Positions 11,275 to 23,314 of a DNA stretch of 64,000 nucleotides are shown piece by piece (the first letter of the stretch is position 1; each line of letters starts with the position of its first letter). The translations under genes and the position numbers were made by a program. The DNA comes from Gnetum montanum. Lineage: Eukaryota > Plantae > Gnetophyta. The stretch spans positions 78,038 through 142,037 of the forward strand of contig MNCI01002624.1 in NCBI GenBank assembly GCA_015680685.1, read 5' to 3'. Under the pieces are notes generated by a model that was given only the letters and a program-made list of their open reading frames with translations, was not told the origin of the DNA and did no database searches.

Positions 11275-14200
11275 TTAGTTATAGAACAAAGACGTGCACA
11301 AGGGCGTGAAAGACAAGAACGTTTTAGACAACGAAAAAGACAAGCAGAAGTGGCAGAAATGTTAGATTTAGTCGCAAGACTTGGTCAGGAACAAGGTCAA
11401 CCAAGATTGCGAATGGAACATCAACAAATATCTTCTGAACATACGAACAATCAGGTATCTTATCCAAATCTTCATAAGTCAAATACAGAAATCATGCATG
11501 CAATAACAAGATTTTCAAGCGAGGTTGATAAGTTTAGTGTTCCCCGATCATGTGGTATTTGCAATGAAAGTTTTTTGAGTATGTTAATGAAACCTGTACA
11601 AAGATTTGGTCCAACGTGTGCAAGGTGTGCAAATGAAAAGGTAATGGGGATCTTGAATCACGATGGTGATGAGATTAAGCGTTTCTCTGTTGATAATGAT
11701 ATGGATCCAGAACCCCAGCCAATAATCTTATCAGAACTATCAGAAGTTGAAGAAATGCTTATATCACGAATTAATCCTATTTTACAAGTTACACATGCTA
11801 TTGGAGGTCAATTACAATATAAAGGACATACCATCAGTTTTATGCAAGATGTATCTGAAATTGCAACTAGGCTACCTTTGAGGATTCATGAAATTCCAAT
11901 GCTGATACTAAGACGGGTTGATCAAATTGGAACAACCTATAACTTTGTTGTAAATAAAAAGCGTGTGTATGCTGCCTTATTGTATAAGAAACAGAATGAT
12001 CCTTTCTATCAGGATGTAGAAATAGACGAGCATGCTTTGGATGATGTCAGTGATACAGGAGATGTTAATGTTTTTGAAAGGATTCGTTATATTAGATTGT
12101 CTGAGGAGGATGGTGAGATGAGATTACAGTTTGATGGTCCTTTGGTTGATTTAAAGGAGGAAAATATTATTAGACACACATCATCAGTAGCATCACGTCC
12201 AGTTCTTCTAGGGAAAGAACTTGATCTGGTAAGAGCTTGGTTAGAAAATCCAACTGTTGTAAGTTCAGATTATGCGCAATGGCCAACACTTTCAGAGTCA
12301 CCCATCAATGAGTTCAACACAGTTGGAATGCTTCCAATGTCATTTCCAACGTTGTTTCCACGTGGAAAATGTGACTTCCTTGCAAGAAGGTCCAAGGATG
12401 TCATGTTACATGAATATGCTAGACATCTACTTCGATATAGGGATGGCAGATTTGGACGTCATAAAAGATTCAGGTATCATAAATTAGTTACATTTACATT
12501 GCTAAATAGCATTCATGTTTTTGACATCTTATGCACTAATTACATAGGAATTTTATTTTCATTTTTTTCAGGTATCACATTTATAACATGATAACGAGAC
12601 ATCGTGCACTGAAATCAACATCAGTATTCTTCAAAAAAAATATTACAGAAGCACCTTTGACAATCCAAGAATTACGTGAAGGACTTCAAAATGCACCATC
12701 AGATAATTTTGTTGATAATTTGATGAGATTTGGAACAACGATACGAGGAACGCCTTCGTACTGGAGAAAATGCAAAGCGCAGTTGTTTGATTTGATAAAT
12801 GAGTTGGGTGCACCAACTGTTTTTTTTACTCTGAGTGCAGCAGATCTTTATTGGCTAGACCTACATAAGGTAATGCCTACAAAACCCCCACAAAATGTTT
12901 CTGAGATAAGAGAGTGGAAAATGAAAAATATTATTGAGAACCCACATATAGTTGCTGAGTTTATGCATCTTCGACATAAGGCATTTCGGAAAATGATTTT
13001 ATTTCAAGAATTTGATGTGGTTGATTACTGGACAAGATATGAATGGCAACATAGGCGATCACCACATGTCCATGGCTTCCTTTGGATCAAGGGAGCCCCA
13101 AACATAGATGAACTTGATTGGAATGACCCAGAAGCAGTTAGAAAGACAAGAAAGTTTTTTGATGTAATAACAAATGCATGGAATAGTAGATTCAATCAAG
13201 ATGGAATATCCAATCATGTAAGTTTTTTAGAATTTGTACATATTTATTTTAAATGTTAGAAATTTGTTTATGTTTTTTTGAAGATTCATTATAACAATTA
13301 TACAAATCTTTCATTTGTAGATGCAACGCGTTAATAATCCCAGGCATCCATGCGAAATTCGAAGTCAACAGCTGCAATTTATGGATCTTGACATTGATTA
13401 TGATGAGCTCCTAAATTCAGTTCAGCGACACACACAATGTAAGAGAGGAGCATGTTTAAGAATCCGAAATCATGTGCAAGTTTGCAGGTACAATTATATT
13501 TCTCTGAATACCTATATTCTTATTTGCATCATGAATGTATGATATCTAAGAAAATAATTTTATAACTTTAATTTATTACCCTAGGTATAATGTTCTATGG
13601 CCATTGCGAGCTCAATCAGATCTGTTTCAAGATCCTGAAAACAAAAATCATGTTACATATGAACCACGTAGAAATGATCCAAGGTTGAATGTTCATAATA
13701 GAATGATCCTTCAAACATGGAGAGCAAACACAGACTTTCAACCAGTCCTTGACACATATGTTGTTATTAAATATATTGCAAAATATGTGGCAAAATCTGA
13801 AAAGAAGTCAAGATGCTTTCATGATTTATTACTTCGTATTGCTGAATCTCGAAACCTTGAAGAAAATGCATTGATTGCATATAAAAGACTGATGATGGAT
13901 GCTGCAGTTGATAGAGACATAGGTGCCATGGAGGTTTTTCATATGCTATATGAACTTCCATTAGTTGAATGCAGTCGACAATTTGATACTATAAATGTGT
14001 CTAGAGATATGTATAAAAGAGTTGTACCATATGTAGATGGAGATGAGGAACCACAACCATATACAACCCTTATCAATGCATATCAAAAGAAACCACTAGA
14101 AATGGAAGGAGTTTCATTGTTGAATGCTACGAAATATTTTACCTTTATCTCAAAGAAGAGAGAGCTACCAGTGTGGAAGCCTCGACAACAACCAGTTGTT

Positions 14201-16241
14201 GTAAGGACATTTCCAAAATTTAGAGTAGCTCCAAGAGTAGGAGAGGAGAAATGGATAGATTACTGTTGGGCACAGCTACTACTACACTATCCTTTTAGAG
14301 ATGTCAAACATGATTTGGGAAGAAATGACGAAGAAATTGAACGAAGATGGATTTCGGTTCGACACATCTATGAATTGGAACAGCAGACATTCGATGAAGA
14401 GTTTAAACGTGCTTGCGAGGAAGAGAGGCAGTATACAGATATTATTCCGGAAAGACAGGATGGTGTTGAATATGATTTTGAAGTACTAAATTGACATCTG
14501 CTTGCATCAGCTCATTTTCAACGAAGTGAACTTGAAATGCTTGGATTAAGAGATCGAGATAGACAAAATGAATGGTCAGCCAGCTATCCAGGAGAAGATG
14601 TTGCAAAGATTGCTACATCTTTTGTCCATGGTCATAGATCACATGGTATAATAACACATTCAGGAAATAATGACAATCAGGTGGACATATCTTCTCTAGA
14701 AGTTCAACAGAAGAAATGCTACAAAATTATCACTGGCCATCTATATATGCAACAATTCGAAATGGATGAAATTTCTCCTCTGTTGATGATTATTCAAGGT
14801 ATAGCAGGCACAGGAAAATCGTATCTCATTGATACGATTCGTAAAGAATTTAGTTAAACTTGCTCATCTGGAAAGAATAGCTTACTGGTGCTCGTCCCTA
14901 CTGGTGTTGCAGCATATAATATTAATGCAACTACAGTACATTCTACGTTGAAGATTGGAATCGGAAAATACAAACCATTGGCTGCATCAACTTTGTCATC
15001 ATTGCAAAATAAATACAAATACTTGAAGTATATTATTATAGATGAAATGAGTTTCATAGGTGGCAAATTGCTTAGCAGCATTGACCGAAGGCTTAAGGAA
15101 ATATTTCCAGATAATCATTTGGATAACTTTGGTGGTAGATCTATGATACTCATTGGAGATCTTGCATAGCTTCCACCTGTTAAAGATGTTATACCGTACT
15201 TATCATCTCAGATGCACGTGAAGAATTTGTGGTTGGTATTTAATAAATTTGTAACCTTGGATGCTGTGTATCGACAAAGGGGTGATGATTTGCAACAACA
15301 AAGATTTAGAGAAGTTTTGATGAATGTACGAGGAGGAAAGACGAGTGATGAGGATTATGAATTTTTGAGCCTGAGAATGCAACTTCCATCAACATCGGAT
15401 GGGCGAGATGGATTTGAGGATTCTGTGCATTTGTTTGATACGAAGGATAAAGTGCATATGCATAATGAAAAAATATTGCTCAAAATGCAGAAGCCAGTTG
15501 CACGGTGCATAGTAGATAGAAGGACAAATGGTGTGAATTTTTGGGATGATTCAGAAGGAGAATTGGACCGAGTAGTGTTCATTTGTGAGGATGCAAGGGT
15601 TATGCTCACTGTTAATCTATGGCCAGAAGCAGGATTGGTTAATGGTGCATGTGGAGTCATTAAGAAAATAATATATAGTCCACACTGTCAACCTCCACAG
15701 TTGCCATCGTATGTCATCGTTGAGTTTGACTCCTATATTGGAGTACCATATGATAATGAACATCCTCGACAAGTACTCATTCCACCGATCATACGTGGAG
15801 GATCTCGCCAAGTACCACTTAGATTGGCATGGGCTTTAACGATACATAAGTCACAGGGAATGACATTGGAGAAAGCATGTATAGATGTTGGTAGCAGAGA
15901 AACAACAGGTCTTACATTTGTGGCACTATCTCGAGTGAGGAGTATTGACTATTTGAAGATATTCCCTCCAATCTCCAAAGAAAGATATATCAAGATATTT
16001 AACGCTTCGCACCTTCAGAGTAGATAGGATGAAGAGCAACGCATTAAATCAAATGAAGAATGATCTTGTTCTTTTCTGTCAAGTAATTTTTACCTTTTCA
16101 AATGTTAGATCATTTGTAACTATACATTTTTAATTATGCAAGTTTGTACATTGATCGTTTCTGCTGTATTACAACATGTTTATGATCATTCAATAAAGCA
16201 TTCCATGGTCTTACAATATTTCTATCTATTATGTTTAAATC

Positions 16242-16280
16242 ATCGCTGCAGCAGAAGACGACTGGCGATCACTAGCTTAG
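16242..16280 (+). other. Putative 3' terminal hairpin and CTAG/TTAG end of the Helitron-like element
   Basis: ATCGC(TG)CAG...CTGGCGAT stem followed by CACTAGCTTAG|T; AATAAA at 16192-16197 upstream; composition switches to TA-rich immediately after. Confidence 0.6.
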
Positions 16281-17289
16281 TTATATATATTTATAATATA
16301 TATCTATAAANAACATCTAATAAACAATGATTTTTTGTTATATTGTTACTCTAACATGATTTTAATGTTTTGTTACCTAGGTTAGTATCCTATCCTAATG
16401 AAAGGAAAGTTGAATGCTGTTGGTTGATAAATTTCTTGAACAGATATGAATCTAGAAGAATGTACATGAAATATGAAAATAAAACAAAAATGTTGAGTAT
16501 ATTCAAATGTTCTAGGCATAGGAGTTACAAAAGGAAAAGAATACTAAGGATCATCTAAAAATAAGTAACAAAAAGTTACTTGAAAATAATTGTTCAATGA
16601 TAATAATACGTGAACCTTCTTTTTTTCTCTTTTAATGATGATGAGAATATGGAATATTCAAATAACTATGACCTCTAATGCTTCTATGAATCTTGAAAAC
16701 TAGAATGTGAAAGAATGATTTGTAGACATTTAACATATTTATAGGAAATCAAGTACAACTAGAGAAAATCACATTTCCATGACAAGGAAGACTACAAGAA
16801 TACCTAAGATTTTTGAATGCTCTTTCTTATTCTATGATTACTATTCTCAAAGAAAGTTATGGAAATTATTAGGAAGTGATTTTCTACTTTATAGATAGTA
16901 TTTTTAGAGAAAATTTAAGAAAGATCTAGGAGGTTATGAATAATGTTCAAACATTCAGGATTTTGGTTATATCTTGTTCTCTCTTTGGTGTATTGGTGGT
17001 AAAAATGTTTAGCATTTAATAAGATGGTTGATAGTAGGTGTTTTAGGTATCCTCTAGGATAGCTTACTAAACTCAGTTACTTTGATTATTATTAGTTAAA
17101 GCATGATAAAAAGAGAACATGTAAAATTGCTTTGTTCTCGACTATTAATAATGTGTAGAATTTGTGTATATATAATGATTTGAAATAATTTTGTTTCTAA
17201 AGATTCATGAATCATATATAGATAAAACTTAAATATGAGTTTCAAAAATTAATTCAATTATAAAATGTAATATGTGATAAATGAAATTA

Positions 17290-17990
17290 GACTTGGGTGA
17301 GGGGTAATGTATCTTCATCTTACTAGAGATCATGATTTTAATAGTATAAAAATGAGAGCTTAATTTGGTTAAGCTCCATTACTATTTTTACAAAGTTGGG
17401 GTAGATTTTTATGGGAACTAAGCAACACCAATTACTAGAGTTAAAGCTTTAATAAATAGTATGGCTTTGTCCCCATTAAAATCCACTGCAACTCATGATT
17501 CATAGTTACATGGTTCTTAACCAAACAAGTTGTTATTCAATATATTAATGTAGAAAGGTTATTCATTTATATTGTTTACATTGTTATTTCCTTTTCAATG
17601 TAGGATTATGCCTAGGTTATGGAATTATGTCTATTCGATTCACTTCTATTGACACATAGTCATAGACACATAGTGGGTTTGAATTAGTTAAAACGTGAGG
17701 GGCATCATGTATCCATGTTACTAGAGATCATGAAATAATAAGTAAAATGAGAGCTTGACTACATCTACAAAGTTGGGTTAGATTCTGATGATGATTACAT
17801 GACAGAAATTACTAAAGCTTAAGATTTAGTAATTAGTATGAATCACCATTAAAATCCACTGCAAATCATGATCCATAGTTAGATGGTTTTTAATCAAAAA
17901 AGTTCTCATTTAATTTATCAATGTAGAAAAGTTAATCATTTATATTCTTTATGTTAGCATCACCTTTTTAATGTGTCATTTAAAGCTTAG
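17290..17990. repeat. Two diverged ~400-bp units; a third copy lies at ~22785-23100 beyond the Copia insertion
   Basis: Shared AAATGAGAGCTT..., AAAATCCACTGCAA.TCATGAT.CATAGTTA.ATGGTT.TTAA blocks at ~17350, ~17745 and ~22785. Confidence 0.75.
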
Positions 17991-19927
17991 TAATAAATGA
18001 AATAAGAATTGTGTCATGTTTCCATTCCCAAATGATGCTACTACCTAATGAAGATGATGTCTCTTCATAATAAGTGTTATTGTTATCTTAACAAGACCTG
18101 AAAGTGTAGTTGTAATTACGACTTGAAAGGGCATGTTGTAATAATGGATGTATCTCTTGAGGTAACCTTTGGGGATTTGGCCTAAGGCATTTATACCTGA
18201 GCTTAGAGGTTGTGCTAGCATGGAGTGGTGAAGAAAGTACAAGTAAGTCACGAGAGCTAGGTGAAGAGGGATAAGAAGTGGACTGGTCATCTCTTTTGGC
18301 TGGGTAATAGGCTTAACCATGGTGGTAGTGCTAGATTACCTCTAAGGGATAGATACCAGAGGGAGAAAATCCTAAGGAACACTCTTAGAGCATGATCTAG
18401 ATACACTATTCCATATTAATAAGGTATTCTTTTCTTTCTCTTTCTACACTTTCTCTATTATTTCCTTTACACATAATGTTGGATGTCATAATTGATATTG
18501 AAGTAAACCATGACCCAAGGGTCATTCAGAACCATGGGCTGACTACAACATGAACCTAATGATGAATGTTAAAGCCAAAAAATAGGGAAAGCCATTGATC
18601 ATCATTGGATGTATCATATGATCTTGATGTAAGTCAGAAGATACCTTTCCATTGATTTCATGAACAATGGATTAGGCATCTAAATCCTAGCAACCAACAA
18701 AATTCTTTCATGGATATCATTAACTGAGAGGATCTGATCACACCTCATCAAGATTCATCAATTATAAGAGATGTTGATAAGACAATGATACAATGGTCTA
18801 GGTAACTCTTACCCATCTTAATATTATAATTATTAATTGATTAGTATCATTGTTAAATTTCTTTCAAGAAAGTTAGTAACCATGACTTAAATTGATCTTG
18901 CTTTGTTGAAATTCACTATCCAAGTAATCTAGAAGACCTCAAGCTACCATATGTCAACCTAGAAGTGTTAGTTCAACAAAATAGGCTATTTTGATCTTTT
19001 TAATTCCTAAAAAATTAACTTCATTTTTGAAACTTAAGACTATGTTGAACATGTAGTACTCATTGAGACAATTTCAACAATACAAATTTCAACTTGATTA
19101 GACTTACCATTTGAGAGATATTGATGTTAGAAATTTCTTATTATATGTGTACTAAAATAATATTAAATTATTAAATTAGTAATTTATTATTAAAAAAATT
19201 TCAAAATTTTAGTGTCAGGAATTAACCTAGAAGTTTTGTTTACTGACACCAAATCTTTTCCTTATCATTGGCTAAACCACCACATCAATAGTAACTTTTG
19301 GAGGATCACAACTAGCCTCTTTTGCTAACCGTGATGAGGCTTATAGGTAGTCATCAACCTACTACACCTTTAGGCTTGGCCACATACTCGCAAGCCACTA
19401 GCCAACAACTACAAGCCCTAATGACCAAACGCCACACACGTCATCCATCCATTGCCACTAATGCCACCACACGAATGATGCCATGCTCTCTACCTCATTG
19501 CGGTCGCTTGTGACCTCTAGCACATGCACCTATAGCACATTGGAAAATCCTCAACTACCACTCTACCTCTACACTACCATCTGTTATAGCTAGCCAAGCA
19601 TGCTCTCCCTCACTACTCTCCTAATGGCACTAATAGCCTCAAATCTTCTTTCACCTGTTCTTACTACTCACCTCCATGAACAGCTATAGCTACAAGCCCT
19701 TGCTACACCTTAGATCATTGCACTATCTATGCATGAAAAAACCCTTTCCTACAATTACTCTACGCCCTATAACACCTATTGTTCATTGCACCACTATTGT
19801 TGCACCTTGCACCATAGTCACCAAAAAATCCATTGTGATTTTTGATAGTCTACAGTGTCGATAGACATCGATGGTGCTACAAATCATCACCTCCTCTAGT
19901 GCTCCATGGATACTATCAAAAATATTG

Positions 19928-20080
19928 ATCATCATCTCCTCTGCTACCAATCATCACCTATCACACCACTGATCATGGCTTTCCTTGCCATTGATCATTG
20001 CCTGTTGTGCGACTAATCATTGCCTCCTCCACTGCTAATCATTGCCTCCTTTGACATTGATCATCGCCTCCTCCTTCTGA
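19928..20080. repeat. 22-bp minisatellite (~7 units)
   Basis: RATCATYGCCTCCT... units in register, e.g. AATCATTGCCTCCTCCACTGCT and AATCATTGCCTCCTTTGACATT. Confidence 0.8.
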
Positions 20081-20561
20081 CATCCTTCAATGCCAAAAAA
20101 ACCCTTACTACCAATGCATTTTATGTCACCCAATCCCTAATGAGAGGGGTGTGTGGGTCCATGTAATAGCTAAGCTAGTCTTATTTACACTACAAAGGCC
20201 ATGTTTCTTTTCTCTCCTCCCCTTTATGATGCCTTGCCATGTCCAAGCCATGGCACCAAAGACGATGCAACCTATGGCAGAAAATGCTACATTGCTGCTA
20301 CCTCCAAATGCACCTAGCCTAGTCACTGATGTTGCCCAATAGCCACCAAGGCCACTATTAGCACACCACCATAATTTTTGTTGTCATTGGCATGAAATGA
20401 CAAATTCTCCATCATCTAATTACCCATCAACTGACAAAAAAATTGAAATTCTCATCAATTAAAGGAAAATTCAAATTTTTGTTATCGAAGTATTAAGTTT
20501 AAATTACAAATTCACAAAAGAAATGTCAAAAATAGAATTTGACGTATTAGTAGCATGTAAG

Positions 20562-20643
20562 ATAAGAATTCTATAATTAAGTACACTCATTCTGGAGTGG
20601 TACTATGATGGATGACCTCTTGGGAAGTCTAGTTTTTCACACC
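20562..20643 (+). pseudogene. 5S rRNA-derived fragment (3' two-thirds, covering the A box, IE and C box)
   Basis: ATAAGAATTCTATAATTAAGTACACT...GGAGTGGTACTATGATGGATGACCTCTTGGGAAGTC aligns with plant 5S ATCAGAACTCCG.AGTTAAGCGTGCT...AGAGTAGTACTAGGATGGGTGACCTCCTGGGAAGTC, mostly by transitions. Confidence 0.75.
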
Positions 20644-23164
20644 AAAATGTTCTAGACTCTAGAAGTTATAACTTTTGATTTTGGAAGCCTTTTTTGATGA
20701 ATGAAAAGTTGTTTCTTATAGATTTTAACCTTTCGGAAACAATGGTAAAGTCAAATATGTCCCAAGGAATCTTGAAAATTAGTTTTTATCCCTTGCTAGA
20801 TATAGTGCCTCAAGACCTTCAAAAGTTTAATTTTAGCAAAAAACTTGAGAATAAAATATATTCTTTTTCAACATATGAATTGTCATTTCCAACATTTTTC
20901 ATTGATTTGAACTCAATGGTGACGTTAGATTTATCATCTAGGTACTTGATAATTCATTGATATCATAAATTTTTCTTAATGAATTTAACCTTTTTGAGAC
21001 ATTAAGATCCCTATGGCATCTCATTAATTACATTGCTAAAGTCAGTGTCTTAAGGGGGCTAGAAAGCCCATTAAGATTTAATATGTAGTTACATATTACT
21101 AAAATTAGATAATGTAGCTAAATATTATCAAAATTTTTGGAGAATTAGTTAATGAAAAAAAATTATCTTTAATGATCAAGAAGATGTATATCAATTTGTC
21201 ATGCAACCAAAACATATGGTAGAACAACATGGAGACTCAAAATATTATTTCAACAAGATGTATGATACTTGTAAAAAGAAATGATCTAGAGGAGAATCCA
21301 AGAATTAGGATGAAAGTTGCAATAGACAATGTGCTTTTAAGGATTCTAGTGAGTGAGAAATAACATTTGCTATGTCCATCATGGGCTTTGAATTGGCATG
21401 AATATCAATATCCATGCATTTTAGCAAAGTTACAAGATTGGGATGCTAATGTTTTATGCCTACAAGAAGTCTTGCCATGGGAATTTTTGTATCAATTCCA
21501 ACCAAACTTGGAAAAGATGAGATACAAAGGTATTTATAAGTAAAAAGGTTCTTGTGGAAGTTCTTTTTTTGATCCATATAGATTAGCCTATTGTAGAAAT
21601 CACAACATGGATGGTTGCATAATATTTTATAAAGAAGCCAAGTTTGAATTAATGCAAAGATTTGAATGAAGTTTAAAAAATATGATTTTTGAAATTCTAG
21701 AACTTCAAGTAATGGGAAAGAAAGAACAATCAAGATTTTGGAAAAATCACATAGCCTTGGAAGTAATTCTAAAAATCTATCTATCAAGAAGATGTGTGTG
21801 TGTGTGTAGTTAACACATATTTAACTGTGAAACCAACATGTTTAAATGTTAGACTATGTCAAGGAGCATACTTGATTAAGAAAATAGAAAAAAGTTTGAA
21901 GAATAAGTTATTCCTAATTTATACTGATCTAGTTCAATTTATTATTTGTGGAGACATCAATTCAAAAGTTGGAAGTAGTGTATCTCAATTCTTAAAATAT
22001 GGATGTGTAAAGGAAACTCTGGAAAATGAACCTAATTTGAAGAAGATGTTTTCATCAATTCAACATGCAATTCCATTGGCCAATGCATCTTCTACTTACT
22101 TTGAATAATCAATAGATAAATCAAATTCTAGAATTTAGGAATAGATGATGTTGATGGATAGTACTCATCAAGAACCACAGTTTACAAATTACTCTAATAT
22201 GATTAATAAGGATGGATCAACAACATTCTTTGTTGAGACTTTAGATTATATTTGGTTCAATGTTTGATTCTTCCAAGTTACCAAATTGCTAGAGTTAATT
22301 TCTAAAGAAGAAGTGGAGAAGAATCAAGATCAAGCTTTACCATCTTGAACAAGGCCATATGATCATATACCACTTAGAGGTCATGCCAGCATGAAGTGGC
22401 AAAGTTGGTATAGGTAAGTAGTAGGAGTCGAGTGAAGTAGAATACGAAGTGGACTAGCCATCCCTTCTAGCCAAGTAATAGGCCTATCCATGGTGGTAGT
22501 GCTGGATTACCTCTAAGAGATAGATGCCAAAGGAAGAAAATCCTAAGGAACACTCTCAGAGCATGATCCAAATACACTATTTCATAACAATAAAGCATTC
22601 TTTTCTTTCTCTTTCTACACTTTCTCTATTATTTTGTTTACACATAATGTTGAATGTTACATATATTTAATGTCTGGTATAATGTCTTCTTATGCATAAT
22701 GTCTAATATAACATATATTTGACATTTGTCATGACATCCAAGGACAAGATGTCACAAATTGGGTGAGGATATTTAAATGTTATTAAAATGAGAGCTTGAT
22801 TTGGTTGTGCTACATTACTAAATCTACAAAGTTGAAATAGATTTCAATGGGGGACTAAGTGACATAAATTAGTAGAGTTCAAGCTTTCGTAATTAGTGTA
22901 GCTCTATTCCTTAAAATCTACTACAAATCATGATCCATGGTTAGATGGTTCTTAACCAAATAAGTTTTCATTCAATTTATTAATGTATAAAATTCATTTA
23001 TTTATATTCTTTATGTTGCCATGGCATTTTCAATTTGGGACTATGCCTATGTTATGAAATTATTTCTATCTAAGTTCCTTCTGTTGATACATAGTGGGTT
23101 GGGATTATTTCTTGGATGTTGTATTTTAAATGTTAATTTACTCTTATGTATGAAAGTGTAATTT

Positions 23165-23314
23165 TGAAGAATCTTGGTTTTTATGTTGGTTATTAAACAT
23201 GTCTGGGTGGTACCTAGTCATAAGAAATATCATAGAGTGAAGAATCTTGGTTTTTATGTTGGCTATTAAACATGTCTGAGTGGTACCTAGTCATAAGAAA
23301 TATCATAGAGTGAA
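23165..23314. repeat. 73-bp near-perfect tandem duplication within a longer degenerate array (to ~23680)
   Basis: TGAAGAATCTTGGTTTTTATGTTGG at 23165 and 23238. Confidence 0.9.

Larger units (their letters stand above)
10030..16063 (+). pseudogene. RepHel transposase (RG repeats, CxxC..CxxC, DUF6570-like, HUH Y2 Rep, Pif1 SF1B helicase). Exons 10030-10033, 10426-10604, 10708-12473, 12572-13217, 13321-13487, 13585-16063
   Basis: Five GT-AG introns join into one 5241-nt frame starting MDPAGDRVREL. Rep motifs: PTVFFTLS (~12813), EWQHRRSPHVH (13041-13073), YIAKYVAK (~13772). Helicase motifs: GIAGTGKS (14798-14821), DEMS (15041), GDLA*LPPV, LAWALTIHKSQGMTL, FVALSR. In-frame stops at 10939, 11110, 14492, 14855, 15167, 16025. 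Confidence 0.92.
8687..16280 (+). mobile_element. Helitron-like rolling-circle transposon, Helentron/Helitron2 (HLE2)-type RepHel, no C-terminal endonuclease
   Basis: Spliced HUH-Rep + Pif1 helicase gene. Abrupt rise in CpG content relative to the flanks. Candidate 5' end A|TC at 8686/8687; 3' imperfect hairpin 16242-16269 then CTAG (16272-16275) and TTAG|T (16280). TA-rich flanks and no TSD. The exact 5' boundary is uncertain. Confidence 0.88.
18134..22661 (+). mobile_element. Highly degenerate Ty1/copia-like element with LTRs 18134-18490 and ~22365-22661 (5'-truncated), RT/RH missing, and an unrelated insert at ~18900-21050
   Basis: ~300-bp direct repeat (GGTGGTAGTGCT.GATTACCTCTAAG...CTTTCTACACTTTCTCTATT). 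PBS-like TTGATATTGAAG after the first LTR. Faint gag-like sequence (~18520-18800) and integrase C-terminal-like TKLGKDEIQRY region (~21500). Confidence 0.55.

Noticed and set aside
10030-16063. Host PIF1 helicase gene, or stop-codon readthrough / alternative genetic code
   Set aside because: The helicase is fused to an HUH Rep, so it is transposon-type. All three stop types occur and fit C>T decay, so recoding is unnecessary.
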